A stretch of 64,000 bases of DNA from Myxococcales bacterium (lineage in GTDB: Bacteria; Myxococcota_A; UBA9042; JABWCM01; BTVJ01). A program made the position numbers and the translations under genes. The number at the start of each line of letters is the position of its first letter. Within the stretch, counting starts at the first letter, position 1. The DNA lies in NCBI GenBank assembly GCA_045863395.1, contig BTVJ01000026.1, positions 31,288 through 95,287 on the forward strand, given 5' to 3'. Below the pieces are notes generated by a model. It made no database searches. It was given only the letters and a program-made list of their open reading frames with translations, and was not told the DNA's origin. Positions 9,583 to 19,470 of the stretch are shown here, one piece after another.

Positions 9583-11523
9583 ATGAAGGCGATGACGAAA
9601 AGGAGCGTGGTGCGTTGGTGCCTCGCGGCCCTTCTGACCGCGGCATTGGCGGTCGGTGGATGCAAGAAGGACCCGCCCGCCGCGCCTGCCGAGGCGCCCA
9701 AGGCGGGGGAGACCAAGGCGCCTGAGAAGGGCGGTGAGGCCAAGGCCCCCGAGAAGGGCGGCGAGGCCAAGGCCCCCGAGAAGGGCGGCGAGGCCAAGGC
9801 CCCCGAGAAGGCCCCTGACAAGGCCGGCGACGAGCGCCCCGCGGTGCCCGCCACGGTGTCGGTCCCCGATGGAGTGATCCTCTACGGTGGCATCAAGAGC
9901 CTCGACGATCTGACCGCCCGCATCTCATCCGTCGTCGACAAGGTCAAGCCCATGCCCGGTCTGGGCATGGTGATCACCGGCGCCCTGAGCAAGGAGCTCG
10001 GCCTGTCGAGCATGGACTGGCTCGACACGTCCAAGCCCGCGCGCTTCGCGGTGTGGAACCCGAAGGAGGGCGGCCAGCCGCTGGTGATGGCCTTCCCCAT
10101 GAAGTCACGGGAGGCTTTCGAGAAGGCGCTCCCGGAGGCGCGCGAGTCGGGAGCCGAGGGCAACGCGTTCAAGTACCAGGCTGGCATGAAGGACGCCTTC
10201 GTGAACTTCGCCGGGGACTACGCGCTCCTGGCCCGGGACGCCAAGGCGTATGACCGCCTCAAGGGCTTCGCCGAGGGTGGCCTTGCGGCCTACAAGCCCA
10301 ACGACGCCTTCGAGATCACCATCGCGGTGGGCAACCTGACCCGCATCTTCAGCGACGAGCTCAAGCAGGCTCGCGGCGAGATGGCGAAGCTGATGGCCAG
10401 CGACATGGCCATGTCACCCTTCGCCGGCTCGGCGGCGAGCATGAACACGCAGATCGATCTGATGTTCGACCTGCTCGACCAGCTCGACCAGGCGACCATC
10501 TCTGCCCGCATCGACGGTGACCACGTCAAGATGCCGTTCGCGCTGAAGGCGAAGGACGGCTCCTCCATGGCGAAGTTCTTCGACGCGACCCGCGACCGCA
10601 AGCTGACGCTGCTCGACTACGTGCCTGCCGGCTCCTACCTGGTGGTCGGGGCGAGCATGGACCCCGCGGGCTTCGGCGAGTGGAACGAGCTCGGCATGAA
10701 GATGATCGCGGAGATGTTCAAGCTGACCGGCGAGGAGAAGGCCAAGCTCGACACGCTCATGAAGGGCGCCATGGCGGCGCAGACGGGCGAGTCGGTCTTC
10801 GCGCTCTACAAGGACGGCGCCCTGGCCCTGTCCATGCTCGCGGTCGGCGGTGCGACGGACGGCAAGAAGCTCCGTGACCTGTCCTACGAGATGTATGGCA
10901 TGCTCTGGACCAAGGTCGTCGACCTGATCAAGGCCGAGGCCGGCGCCGAGCTGCCCCCGGAGTTCGACCTGTCGAGCTTCAGCAAGGCCATCGAGAGCCT
11001 GGCCGCCGTCGCGGAGCCCCTCGGCGTCACCGTGAAGGTGGCGACCGAGGAGTACAACGGCGCCACCATCGACAGCATCGCGATCACTATCGACTATGCG
11101 CGGTTCCCCCTGGCTCAGGAGGACGCCGAGGCTGCCGCGGTCATGAAGGCCATCGTCGGCGACAAGATCGTGCTTGCGGCAGGCTACGGCAAGGAGCGCT
11201 ACGGCATGGCCATGGGCCCCGACGCGGTCGCGCGGGTCAAGGACGTCGTCGACGGCAAGAAGGGCGCCACGCCGGTCGCCATCAAAACCGCCGTGGAGCA
11301 CGGGGTGCCCGGGGCGTCCATGCTGTTCTACCTGTCCGCGGTGGACGGCCTCAAGGCGTTCGCGGCCCTGCCCCAGCTCCAGCCCATGAGCGACACCATC
11401 CGCGGCATGTCTGCGGCGAGCGGCGCGGCGTTCAGCTTCGGCTCGGCGAGCGGCGGTGGCCTGTCCGCGGTCATCGACGTGCCGATGAGCCACGTGCAAG
11501 AGGTCCTGAAGCTCCAGCGCTAG
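9583..11523 (+). CDS. Large hypothetical lipoprotein with N-terminal KAPEKGGEA repeats
   Basis: GGAGG RBS, lipobox VGGC, strong high-GC codon pattern. Confidence 0.8.
   Translation: MKAMTKRSVVRWCLAALLTAALAVGGCKKDPPAAPAEAPKAGETKAPEKGGEAKAPEKGGEAKAPEKGGEAKAPEKAPDKAGDERPAVPATVSVPDGVILYGGIKSLDDLTARISSVVDKVKPMPGLGMVITGALSKELGLSSMDWLDTSKPARFAVWNPKEGGQPLVMAFPMKSREAFEKALPEARESGAEGNAFKYQAGMKDAFVNFAGDYALLARDAKAYDRLKGFAEGGLAAYKPNDAFEITIAVGNLTRIFSDELKQARGEMAKLMASDMAMSPFAGSAASMNTQIDLMFDLLDQLDQATISARIDGDHVKMPFALKAKDGSSMAKFFDATRDRKLTLLDYVPAGSYLVVGASMDPAGFGEWNELGMKMIAEMFKLTGEEKAKLDTLMKGAMAAQTGESVFALYKDGALALSMLAVGGATDGKKLRDLSYEMYGMLWTKVVDLIKAEAGAELPPEFDLSSFSKAIESLAAVAEPLGVTVKVATEEYNGATIDSIAITIDYARFPLAQEDAEAAAVMKAIVGDKIVLAAGYGKERYGMAMGPDAVARVKDVVDGKKGATPVAIKTAVEHGVPGASMLFYLSAVDGLKAFAALPQLQPMSDTIRGMSAASGAAFSFGSASGGGLSAVIDVPMSHVQEVLKLQR
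9715..9810 (+). repeat. 27-bp coding tandem repeat (KAPEKGGEA, about 3.5 copies)
   Basis: aaggcccccgagaagggcggcgaggcc repeated in frame. Confidence 0.9.
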
Positions 11524-12379
11524 CCCGCCCCGCCCACCAGACGACCCCCGCCCCGACCAGGGCGGCCAGCGCCACCCACTGGGAGGTCGAGAGCGGCCCC
11601 CAGTGACCCCGCTGGGCATCCCCCCGAAGCAGCTCGATGAGAAACCGGGCCGTCGCGTACAGGGCGACCCACGCCGCGAGCACCTCGCCGTGGAAGCGCT
11701 TGTTCGCGCGCACGCGCAGGAGCAGGCCGAACAGCAGCAGCTCCACGGCCGCCTCGTAGAGCTGTGTCGGGTGGATCGGGCCTCCGAGGAGCCAGGCCTC
11801 CGAGCCAGGCGGGAACGTCACGCCCCAGGGGAGGTCGGTCCTACAGCCGTAGCAGCAGCCCGCCAGGTAGCACCCGATGCGTCCGAAGACGTGGGCGAGG
11901 GCGACGCTCGGGACGAGGGTGTCCGAGAGCAGCCCGAAGCCTGCCCGGTGCCGCAGTGAGAAGCGCCACAGGACCAGGGCAGCCGCCGCGACCCCGCCGT
12001 AGAACACGAAGCCGCCTCGCCACAGCTCCAGGGCAGCAGTGCAGTTCCGGACGGTCGCGCAGGTGCCGGCGTCGCAGACCTGCAGGTCGGGGCATGCCCC
12101 GAGCGGCGTGCATGGGATTGAGGGCAGCGCATCTTGCGGGTCGAAGCACAGGTCGTAGAAGAACTCCCATCGAACGGCCAGGAACGCGAGGCGCGAGCCG
12201 ACGATGGCGGCCATCATCAGCCAGAACATCAGGTCGATGACCGCCCCGCGGTCGAGGCCGACGCGCGGCGCCTCCCGGCCCGCCACGGAGAGGGCCGCCA
12301 GGTAGCCGAGAGCGATCATCACGCCGTAGGCGGGGAGGACGATCCCGATGCCCGTACCCGCAAGCAGGTCAGGGTGCAT
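11471..12379 (-). CDS. lgt: Prolipoprotein diacylglyceryl transferase with a Cys-rich insert
   Basis: YGVMIALG, VGSRL, GGFVFYGG, GRIGCYLAGCCYG, HPTQLYE and RFLIELLRGD motifs. Confidence 0.92.
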   Translation of the reverse strand: MHPDLLAGTGIGIVLPAYGVMIALGYLAALSVAGREAPRVGLDRGAVIDLMFWLMMAAIVGSRLAFLAVRWEFFYDLCFDPQDALPSIPCTPLGACPDLQVCDAGTCATVRNCTAALELWRGGFVFYGGVAAAALVLWRFSLRHRAGFGLLSDTLVPSVALAHVFGRIGCYLAGCCYGCRTDLPWGVTFPPGSEAWLLGGPIHPTQLYEAAVELLLFGLLLRVRANKRFHGEVLAAWVALYATARFLIELLRGDAQRGHWGPLSTSQWVALAALVGAGVVWWAGRASAGASGPLARGSSARR

Positions 12380-12498
12380 GGGGGCGACCGGGGGGCCCGG
12401 ACACGTCGGGGTGGGAGACGGGGCGGACACTCCGGGCCAGGCGCATGTGCCATGGGTTGGGCAGGTGTCTCACGCCGGGAGAGGACAGCATCTGCGGC

Positions 12499-13536
12499 TC
12501 ACACGCCCGTGCGCGCCACCTCGGGCTTCTCGGCCTCGCGGAACAAGGTGCTGTTCTTCTTCAAGAGCATCTCGTAGAGGAGGAAGCCGACCCCGACGGT
12601 GATGCCGATGTCCGCGATGTTGTAGGTGGGCCAGTGGGTGTTGCCCACGTAGTTGTCGATGAAGTCGATGACGTAGTTGAAGCGCATGCGGTCGATGAAG
12701 TTGCCGATGGCTCCCCCGAGGATCGCCGAGAAGGCGACGGTCGCCAGGCGCTGGTTGGGCTCCAGCCGCACCACGACGACGAGGATCACGACCGCCGCAA
12801 TGAGGGAGACCAGGCCGAAGAACGTCTGGCGGAAGGTCCCATGGGCCTGGGCGAGGAAGCTCCATGCTGCGCCCGGATTCTCCGCGTAGATGAGCTGGAA
12901 GAAGCCGGGGATCACGGTGAGCTTCCGCTGCGCGAGCAGGTACAGGTCGCCCTCGTTCACCTGACGATCCGCGGTGAGGCCCTGGTTGCGCGGCGGGACG
13001 GGGTACGTGAACTCGGCCGCCACTCGCCCGGCGTCCGATGCGGAGAGGTAGGGGACCCGATCCACTAGGAAGTCCGCCAGCTTCACGTCGGACAGCACCG
13101 CCGCCACCGCCGCCTGGCGGTCGGAGTCTGCCACGTCCGGCCGGGCAAAGGCGAGCCAGCGCTCGGCGAGGACGTGGTCCTGTCGCAGCACGCGGCGTGG
13201 CGGCAGCTCCAGGGACGAGCGAGCGAAGACGTAGTAGCCGGGCGCCCGCGCCGCGGGGTCGGTGAACACCTTGGTCTCCCCGGTCAGGCCCTTCGGGGCT
13301 GTCAGGAGCAGGACGTCCTCTGCGATGGCGGCAGACAGCGCCTCGCCGGTCAGCTCCGGGAACCGCGCCGACAGGACCGCGCCGAGCGTGCTGCCTGCCT
13401 CGCCGCTCGAGATGACGATGGGAAGAGGGTGCTCGCCGTTGGCCAGGCTCGTCTCGGCCCAGACCTTCGTCCATTGATCCAGGCCGACGGTCACTGCGAC
13501 GACGAGGACCAGGGTGACGTACTTCTTTGTGTTCAT
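12499..13536 (-). CDS. lspA: Signal peptidase II with a large extracytoplasmic insertion
   Basis: LDQWTK, NPGAAWS, GGAIGNFIDR, VIDFI and WPTYNIAD motifs; adjacent to lgt. Confidence 0.9.
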   Translation of the reverse strand: MNTKKYVTLVLVVAVTVGLDQWTKVWAETSLANGEHPLPIVISSGEAGSTLGAVLSARFPELTGEALSAAIAEDVLLLTAPKGLTGETKVFTDPAARAPGYYVFARSSLELPPRRVLRQDHVLAERWLAFARPDVADSDRQAAVAAVLSDVKLADFLVDRVPYLSASDAGRVAAEFTYPVPPRNQGLTADRQVNEGDLYLLAQRKLTVIPGFFQLIYAENPGAAWSFLAQAHGTFRQTFFGLVSLIAAVVILVVVVRLEPNQRLATVAFSAILGGAIGNFIDRMRFNYVIDFIDNYVGNTHWPTYNIADIGITVGVGFLLYEMLLKKNSTLFREAEKPEVARTGV

Positions 13537-13617
13537 CGCGGGTGCGTCCTCGCGGCGTCGGGAGGGCGGTACGTTACCCGGTGAGGGCGCGGATGTCCAA
13601 CGGCGGTAGGCCCCAGC

Positions 13618-14232
13618 TCACCGCGGCGGCGAGGTCTCGGCGCGGATCCTCTCCATGAGCTCCGAGTAGGACGTGTTCTCGACGATGGTGGCGATCTGGA
13701 TCTGGTAGCGCTCCAGCAGGTCGGACCGCCCGCGGCGCCGGGCGTCGTCGAGCGCCTTGTGGAGCGTGATGAAGGCGCGCTCCGTGTTCACGAAGTACTC
13801 CACTCCCATCAGGGTCACGATCATGGCGCTGCCCGTGATGCTGCGCGACGAGTGGCTGAACTCGAAGGTCCGGCCCCGGGAGTTCTGCAGGCCCAGCACG
13901 ACGGCGCCCACGGCATCGCTGCCCGCCCTCTCACGACGGGTGTCCAGCCGCGCCTCCACACGGAAGGTCGAGAACTGGATGCTGTTCAGCGAAGGGTACC
14001 GCTTGCCCAGCTCCTTCTGGAGGGCGTGGAAGACGGCATCGACGAAGCCCACGCCTTCTCCCCTGATCTCCAGCTGCGTCTTGGTCGGGTGCTTGTGCAG
14101 GGAGCAGGAGACGGTGCACTTGCCCGTGTCCACGTCCTCCTCCAGCACGAAGCGGTCGACGCGCAGGTCGAGGTACTGGTCTCCCAGCACCTCGCGGACG
14201 AGCTGCACTGTGGCCTCCATGGCTTGGTTCAT
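13618..14232 (-). CDS. Hypothetical protein resembling a stand-alone LeuA/CimA regulatory domain
   Basis: GEGVGFVDAVFHAL resembles the GxGxGPVDA motif; GSDAVGAV; GGAGGA RBS. Confidence 0.5.
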   Translation of the reverse strand: MNQAMEATVQLVREVLGDQYLDLRVDRFVLEEDVDTGKCTVSCSLHKHPTKTQLEIRGEGVGFVDAVFHALQKELGKRYPSLNSIQFSTFRVEARLDTRRERAGSDAVGAVVLGLQNSRGRTFEFSHSSRSITGSAMIVTLMGVEYFVNTERAFITLHKALDDARRRGRSDLLERYQIQIATIVENTSYSELMERIRAETSPPR

Positions 14233-14584
14233 GGGGTGTTCCTCCTGGCTGTCAGGGATGCGAGAGCGAGCTGGGTGGCACCCGCCGTGGGGGGTGCCTG
14301 GTGCCCGTCGCGGAGTCGGCACAGTCACGCGGGCACGAGCCCGCACCGATCAACAGTAGCACAACGGTGGAGCGCCGGCTGTGAATTCCTGGTTCGTAAA
14401 TGAGGCCACGCGCTGGCCGCCCAGACGTGGGGGAGGGCGCTCCCGACCAGCAACCACGGCGTTTTGTTGACGATTCTGGGGGATTCTGCTAGAGCGAGGG
14501 GCGCACGTCGTGTTCCGTGCAGTTCCCGGCAATGCCTGCGCGAGCCCTCGGGTACCGGTTGCGGCAGGCGCCACAGGAGATCGC

Positions 14585-14932
14585 ATGCTGAGGTCCACGC
14601 CGATCCGTCTTCTCCGCGCTGCCCTGGTGGGTTGCCTGCTGGCCTTGGCGGCCTGCGGCCCCATCCAGTCGGCGCAGGCGATCCGGGAGGGGCAGAAGTC
14701 GCTCGAGACGGCGCGCCTCGCCGAGGCGGAGCAGCTTGCTCCCTACCACTTCCATCGGGCACTCGCGTACCTGGAGATGGCCAAGCGGAAGTCGGGCTTC
14801 TCGGAGTTCGAGGTCTCACAGGAGTACGCCAAGGTCGCCAAGGTGGCGGCTGACCAGGCGGTGGTCAACGCCAGGAAGCGCCAGGCGCTCAAGCTCATCC
14901 TGGAGCAGCGTCGCCTCAAGGGGGCCCCATGA
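14585..14932 (+). CDS. Small helical lipoprotein (DUF4398-like)
   Basis: Lipobox LAAC; AEQLAPYHF..A..YLEMAK helical pattern; stop overlaps the OmpA gene start. Confidence 0.7.
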   Translation: MLRSTPIRLLRAALVGCLLALAACGPIQSAQAIREGQKSLETARLAEAEQLAPYHFHRALAYLEMAKRKSGFSEFEVSQEYAKVAKVAADQAVVNARKRQALKLILEQRRLKGAP

Positions 14933-15984
14933 GCCGCAAGCTCATTGCCTGCGCAGTGGTGTGCGTCGTTGGCGCGCTCTCCCTCGCCGGCTGTGCGACG
15001 ACCGGTGACGTCCGGGCCCGCACCGACGAGATCGAGACCTTGCTGCACAAGATCCACGGGCCTGCCTCGGTGTGCATGCCCAAGCAGCTCGCCTGGTCCG
15101 AGCTGATGGTCGACGTCTCGCGCTACGAGTCGGATCGGGGCGAGACCGTGCTGGCTGACATCCACATGCGCGAGGCATCGGACCTCGCCGCCGAGGCATG
15201 GAAGGGGTCGCGTGGCCCCGAGTGCGAGGTGGACACGGACTTCGACGGCATCGTGGACTCGAAGGACGAGTGCATCAACGACCCAGAAGACTATGACGGC
15301 ATGGAGGACGAGGACGGCTGCCCGGAGGAGGACCGCGACGGCGACGGCATCTCGGATCGGCGCGACCGCTGCCCCGATCAGCCCGAGGACCGGGACGGCT
15401 GGCAGGACGAGGACGGCTGCCCCGACCCGGACAACGACGGCGACGGCATCCTCGACGGGAAGGACCAGTGCCCCAACGAGCCCGAGGACAAGGACGGCTG
15501 GCAGGACGAGGACGGCTGCCCCGACCCGGACAACGATGGGGACGGGATCCCGGACCTCCAGGACCAGTGCCCGAATGAGGCGGGCGACAAGGCCAACAAC
15601 GGGTGCCCGAACCGGTACAAGGACATCGAGATCGAGGGCGACCAGATCAAGCTGAAGAAGAAGGTCTTCTTCGCGACGAACAAGGCGACCATCATGCCCC
15701 AGTCCTTTGACATGCTGGGCGAGATCGCCGACGTCCTGATCAAGAACCCCAAGTGGGTCGTGCGGGTCGAGGGGCACACGGACAGCCGAGGCAATGACTC
15801 GTACAACAAGAAGCTGTCGCAGAAGCGCTCCGAGTCCGTGCGCGCGCACCTCATCGGGCGCGGGGTCAACCCGCAGGCCATGATCGCCATCGGCTACGGC
15901 GAGGAGCAGCCCATCGGTGACAACAACACCGAGGAGGGCCGCGACATCAACCGCCGCGTCGAGTTCCACATCATCGCGAAGTAA
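14929..15984 (+). CDS. OmpA-family peptidoglycan-binding lipoprotein with thrombospondin type-3 Ca-binding repeats
   Basis: Lipobox LAGC; repeated DxDxDGIxDxxDxCP; VEGHTDSRG..N..LSQKRSESV and NRRVEF. Confidence 0.92.
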   Translation: MSRKLIACAVVCVVGALSLAGCATTGDVRARTDEIETLLHKIHGPASVCMPKQLAWSELMVDVSRYESDRGETVLADIHMREASDLAAEAWKGSRGPECEVDTDFDGIVDSKDECINDPEDYDGMEDEDGCPEEDRDGDGISDRRDRCPDQPEDRDGWQDEDGCPDPDNDGDGILDGKDQCPNEPEDKDGWQDEDGCPDPDNDGDGIPDLQDQCPNEAGDKANNGCPNRYKDIEIEGDQIKLKKKVFFATNKATIMPQSFDMLGEIADVLIKNPKWVVRVEGHTDSRGNDSYNKKLSQKRSESVRAHLIGRGVNPQAMIAIGYGEEQPIGDNNTEEGRDINRRVEFHIIAK

Positions 15985-16052
15985 GACCGCGCGCCTCTTC
16001 GGGGCCTCCCGGCTCGAAGCAGTCCCCGGCGGAGTGGCCCCGAGGTGAGTCC

Positions 16053-17165
16053 ATGGAGACCGTCGGTCTCGGCAACATCTATCCCGTGATCATGGCTGGC
16101 GGCGCTGGGACGCGCTTCTGGCCCGTCAGCCGCCAGCTCCGGCCCAAGCAGCTCCTGCGGTTGTTTGGGGAGCGCACGCTGCTGGAGGATACGGTCGAGC
16201 GGGTGCTCCCCCTGGCCGTGCCTGAGCGTGTCGTCGTCGTTACCAGTGAGGGGATCGGGGACGAGGTGCGGCGGCTGCTGCCCGCCATCCCCGCGCAGAA
16301 CGTGCTCTGTGAGCCCGCCGCGCGCAACACGGCGGCTGCGATCGGGTTCGCCGCGAGCTTCGTCGCGCGCCAGGACCCCGCGGGACTCCTCGCGGTCATG
16401 CCCAGCGACCACTTCGTGGTGGATATCCCGGCCTTCCTTCACGTCGCGCGGTCTGCGGCGATCTACGCTCAGGACGGGGCCATCGTGACCCTCGGGATCA
16501 CTCCTACGCGCCCGGAGACCGGGTACGGCTATATCCGCTTCGGAGACTATGTGCCGCCGCCCGAGGGCGATTTGCCCGAGGGGCCGGTGCAGGTGGCGCG
16601 GAGCATCGGCGCGTTCGTGGAGAAGCCGACCCAGGCCGTGGCCCTCGGTTACCTGAAGGAGGGGCGCTATCTGTGGAACGCGGGGGTGTTCTTCTTCAGG
16701 GCCGACGTGATCCTGGGCGAGATCGCCCGGTTTCTGCCTGAGCTGGACGAGGGCCTGAAGGCCGTGCGTGCGGCGTTGGACGCCCCAGACCCGACCGAGG
16801 CGCTCCGCGGCGTCTACCCGCGCCTGTTGTCGACGTCCATCGACTATGGGGTGATGGAGCACACGGACCGCATCGTGGTCATCCCCTCGAGCTTCGGCTG
16901 GAGCGACGTGGGGAGCTGGCAGAGCCTGGACGACTTCCGGGAGCCGGGCGCGCCCAACGCGGTGCAGGGAGAGGTCATCGCCATCGACGCCACGGACAAC
17001 GTCCTCTACGGGCACGACGGGATGGTGGTCTCAGCCGTCGGCATCGAGGGCCTGGTGGTCGCTGCTTCGAGGGACGCGGTGCTCGTGTGCCCGAAGGAGC
17101 GCTCCCAGGACGTGCGCCGCGTCGTCGAGGAGCTGCGACGCCGCGGGCTCGACAGGCTGCTGTGA
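16053..17165 (+). CDS. manC: Mannose-1-phosphate guanylyltransferase
   Basis: MAGGAGTRFWPVSR..PKQ, EPAARNTA, PSDH, ETGYGYI, FVEKP, WNAG, SIDYGVME and WSDVGSW motifs. Confidence 0.93.
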   Translation: METVGLGNIYPVIMAGGAGTRFWPVSRQLRPKQLLRLFGERTLLEDTVERVLPLAVPERVVVVTSEGIGDEVRRLLPAIPAQNVLCEPAARNTAAAIGFAASFVARQDPAGLLAVMPSDHFVVDIPAFLHVARSAAIYAQDGAIVTLGITPTRPETGYGYIRFGDYVPPPEGDLPEGPVQVARSIGAFVEKPTQAVALGYLKEGRYLWNAGVFFFRADVILGEIARFLPELDEGLKAVRAALDAPDPTEALRGVYPRLLSTSIDYGVMEHTDRIVVIPSSFGWSDVGSWQSLDDFREPGAPNAVQGEVIAIDATDNVLYGHDGMVVSAVGIEGLVVAASRDAVLVCPKERSQDVRRVVEELRRRGLDRLL

Positions 17166-17173
17166 GGGACACC

Positions 17174-19360
17174 TCAGGCGAAGGCGGCGTGGATGGCGTC
17201 CAGGGCCGGGGACGCTGAGCCCGCGGCCCTCTGCTCCTGCACCCAGGCGCGCATGGCTGGCGCGATGAGGCCGCGGGGGTCCTTTCCATACGGGGCGAGG
17301 CGTGCCTCGATCCACTCGACGAGGGCTGGCCCCGAGTGGTCCTGTGCCGCCGCGACCAGCTCCGGCACGAAGGCGTCGACCAGGTCCTGCTTGTGGGCGA
17401 GGCCGAGCAGCGGGCTCGTGCGCAGGGCCCAGGCCGGCATGGTGACCCCGAGGAAGGCGTAGGCCTGGGTCGCCACCGCGTCGGCGATGCGCTGCACCTC
17501 GGTGGCCGCTCGAGCTCGGGACGCGTCCAGCGCCTCGTCCGTCGCGCCCAGGCCGAGGGGCGGCTCGGTGACCTCCACGTACAGCTTGATCTTCGGCTCC
17601 GTGCCCGACGGGCGCACGCTGAACCGGGCCCCGCCAACAAGGCGGAACGTCAGGAAGTTGCGCGCCGAGCGGTCCGTGCCGCTCTTGTAGGCGCCGTGGG
17701 TGGACTCGTCGAGGAAGTCGTCCTTGTGCGTGACGCCCAGGCCGGCGAACAGCCCCCCGACCTCCTGCGCTCGGAAGCCGCGCTGGATGCGAGCGATGCT
17801 CTCCATGCCCGCGGTGCCTTCGATGACGATGGAGACCTGCGCCGTCTGGTGGACGCCTGCCTTGCGGTGGGCGTCGTCGAGGGCGTGATACAGGGTGCGA
17901 CCGCGCGCCTTCTCTCTTGACGCCAACTCTGCCAGGGTCAGCGCCGCCCCCGCGGCGTCCTTGTCCCGGATGTTCGGGGTGATCAGGACGCCGTGGCTCT
18001 CCTCCATGCCGGCGACGTAGTCGGCGAGGGTCGCTTGGAGGGGGCCGAAGTGGCCGCGCTCCTCCACGTTCGCCATTACGTCCGCGATGTACTTGCAGCC
18101 CACCAGGAGGCCATCGACGACCCGTGCGCCGTGGTACGTTGCGATGGCTGCGGGGAGCATGCTCGTGACCTCGGTCTTGACGACGAAGGCGCCGGCGGGC
18201 ATGCGGCCGTCCTCCGCGAGGCACGTCAGGCGGTGGTCGAAGACCAGGGAGCCCAGCTCGTTGCCCGTGATGAAGCGCCACGTCCCTTGACGATCCGGGG
18301 CCATCATGCCCAGGCGGTCTGCATCGGGGTCCGTCGCCATCACCAGGTCCGCGCCGACGCGCTTCGCCAGGTCGACGGCCATGCCCATGGACTCGGGCAC
18401 CTCCGGGTTTGCGATGCGGAAGGGGACGTGCGTGAACTGGCCGTCGTGGGGGCGCTGCTCGGGGACGTAGTCCACGCGGAAGCCCGCGCGCTCCAGCACC
18501 TCGCCCACGTTGGTGTCGCCTGTGCCGTGGAGGTTGCTCAGGACGATGTGCGCGCCGCGTGCCGCCGGACGCAGGGTCAGGCTCAGGTTCTCCTGGACGT
18601 ATGCCTCGTGAATGACCGCCGCGTCGAGGAGAGTGATCAGGCCCTGCGCGCGCCCCTCGTCCCACGGCATTCGCCCGAAGCCCTCGACCTGCTCCACGAG
18701 CTCGCTGAACAGCTCGTCGTTCGGGGGGACCTCCTGGCCGCCCCGCTCCTCATAGAACTTGCCGCCGTTGTCGTCCGGGTGGTTGTGGCTCGCGCTCACG
18801 TTCAGGCCGCCGTTGGCGCGGAGCGTCCTGATTGCGAAAGAGAGCTCCGGCGTGGACACGAACCAGTCGCCCGCCGGGTCGGGCAGGTGCACCGCGACCC
18901 CGTTGGCTGCGTAGACCTCGGCGGCCATGCGGGCGAAGTCCCGCGACGTGATGCCGTGGAGCGGACTCTGGACCCCGACGTAGCGGCCCTTCATGTCCTT
19001 GAAGACGCGGACGTCGAAGGCGATGACCACGGACAGCGGCGCGCCCTGGCCGAACTTCTTGCGCATCCACGCGACGTGCCCCTGCACGCTGGTCGCCAGC
19101 GTCCACGGGTTCATGGTGTTGGGGCCGACGCCGACGGGGCCCCGGCGACCACCGGTCCCGAAGGGGATGGTCTGGAAGAAGTTGTAGGCGAGGAGATCCC
19201 ACGCCCCCCGCTCTGCGAGGGCGTCGATGGAGGGCCGGTAATCGGCGAACGTCTCCTCCGTGAGCCAGCGTCGAAGGTTGGCGAGGGCGCGCTCCTTCTT
19301 GTCGGGGTCGATGTCGAGGCTGGCGAAGCCGCCCTCGATGCGGCGGTAGGTCTGGTCCAT
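17174..19360 (-). CDS. Phosphoglucomutase/phosphomannomutase family protein
   Basis: FGTGGRRG, catalytic SASHN, TDPDADR, EESHG and VRPSGTEPKIKLY motifs. Confidence 0.92.
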   Translation of the reverse strand: MDQTYRRIEGGFASLDIDPDKKERALANLRRWLTEETFADYRPSIDALAERGAWDLLAYNFFQTIPFGTGGRRGPVGVGPNTMNPWTLATSVQGHVAWMRKKFGQGAPLSVVIAFDVRVFKDMKGRYVGVQSPLHGITSRDFARMAAEVYAANGVAVHLPDPAGDWFVSTPELSFAIRTLRANGGLNVSASHNHPDDNGGKFYEERGGQEVPPNDELFSELVEQVEGFGRMPWDEGRAQGLITLLDAAVIHEAYVQENLSLTLRPAARGAHIVLSNLHGTGDTNVGEVLERAGFRVDYVPEQRPHDGQFTHVPFRIANPEVPESMGMAVDLAKRVGADLVMATDPDADRLGMMAPDRQGTWRFITGNELGSLVFDHRLTCLAEDGRMPAGAFVVKTEVTSMLPAAIATYHGARVVDGLLVGCKYIADVMANVEERGHFGPLQATLADYVAGMEESHGVLITPNIRDKDAAGAALTLAELASREKARGRTLYHALDDAHRKAGVHQTAQVSIVIEGTAGMESIARIQRGFRAQEVGGLFAGLGVTHKDDFLDESTHGAYKSGTDRSARNFLTFRLVGGARFSVRPSGTEPKIKLYVEVTEPPLGLGATDEALDASRARAATEVQRIADAVATQAYAFLGVTMPAWALRTSPLLGLAHKQDLVDAFVPELVAAAQDHSGPALVEWIEARLAPYGKDPRGLIAPAMRAWVQEQRAAGSASPALDAIHAAFA

Positions 19361-19470
19361 GTGCGTCTCCAAGGTCAGGGGGCCACGTCCGGGCGAGCAT
19401 AGCCGCTCGGGCGCCTGGCTGGAAGTGCAGTCGGGCGTCCTCGGTGCTACCATCCGCACCGGAGGTACGC

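Noticed and set aside
14929..15984. TSP3+OmpA protein as TraB of the TraAB outer-membrane exchange system
   Set aside because: It lacks an N-terminal beta-barrel and there is no traA-like upstream gene; it fits the common DUF4398-OmpA lipoprotein pair.
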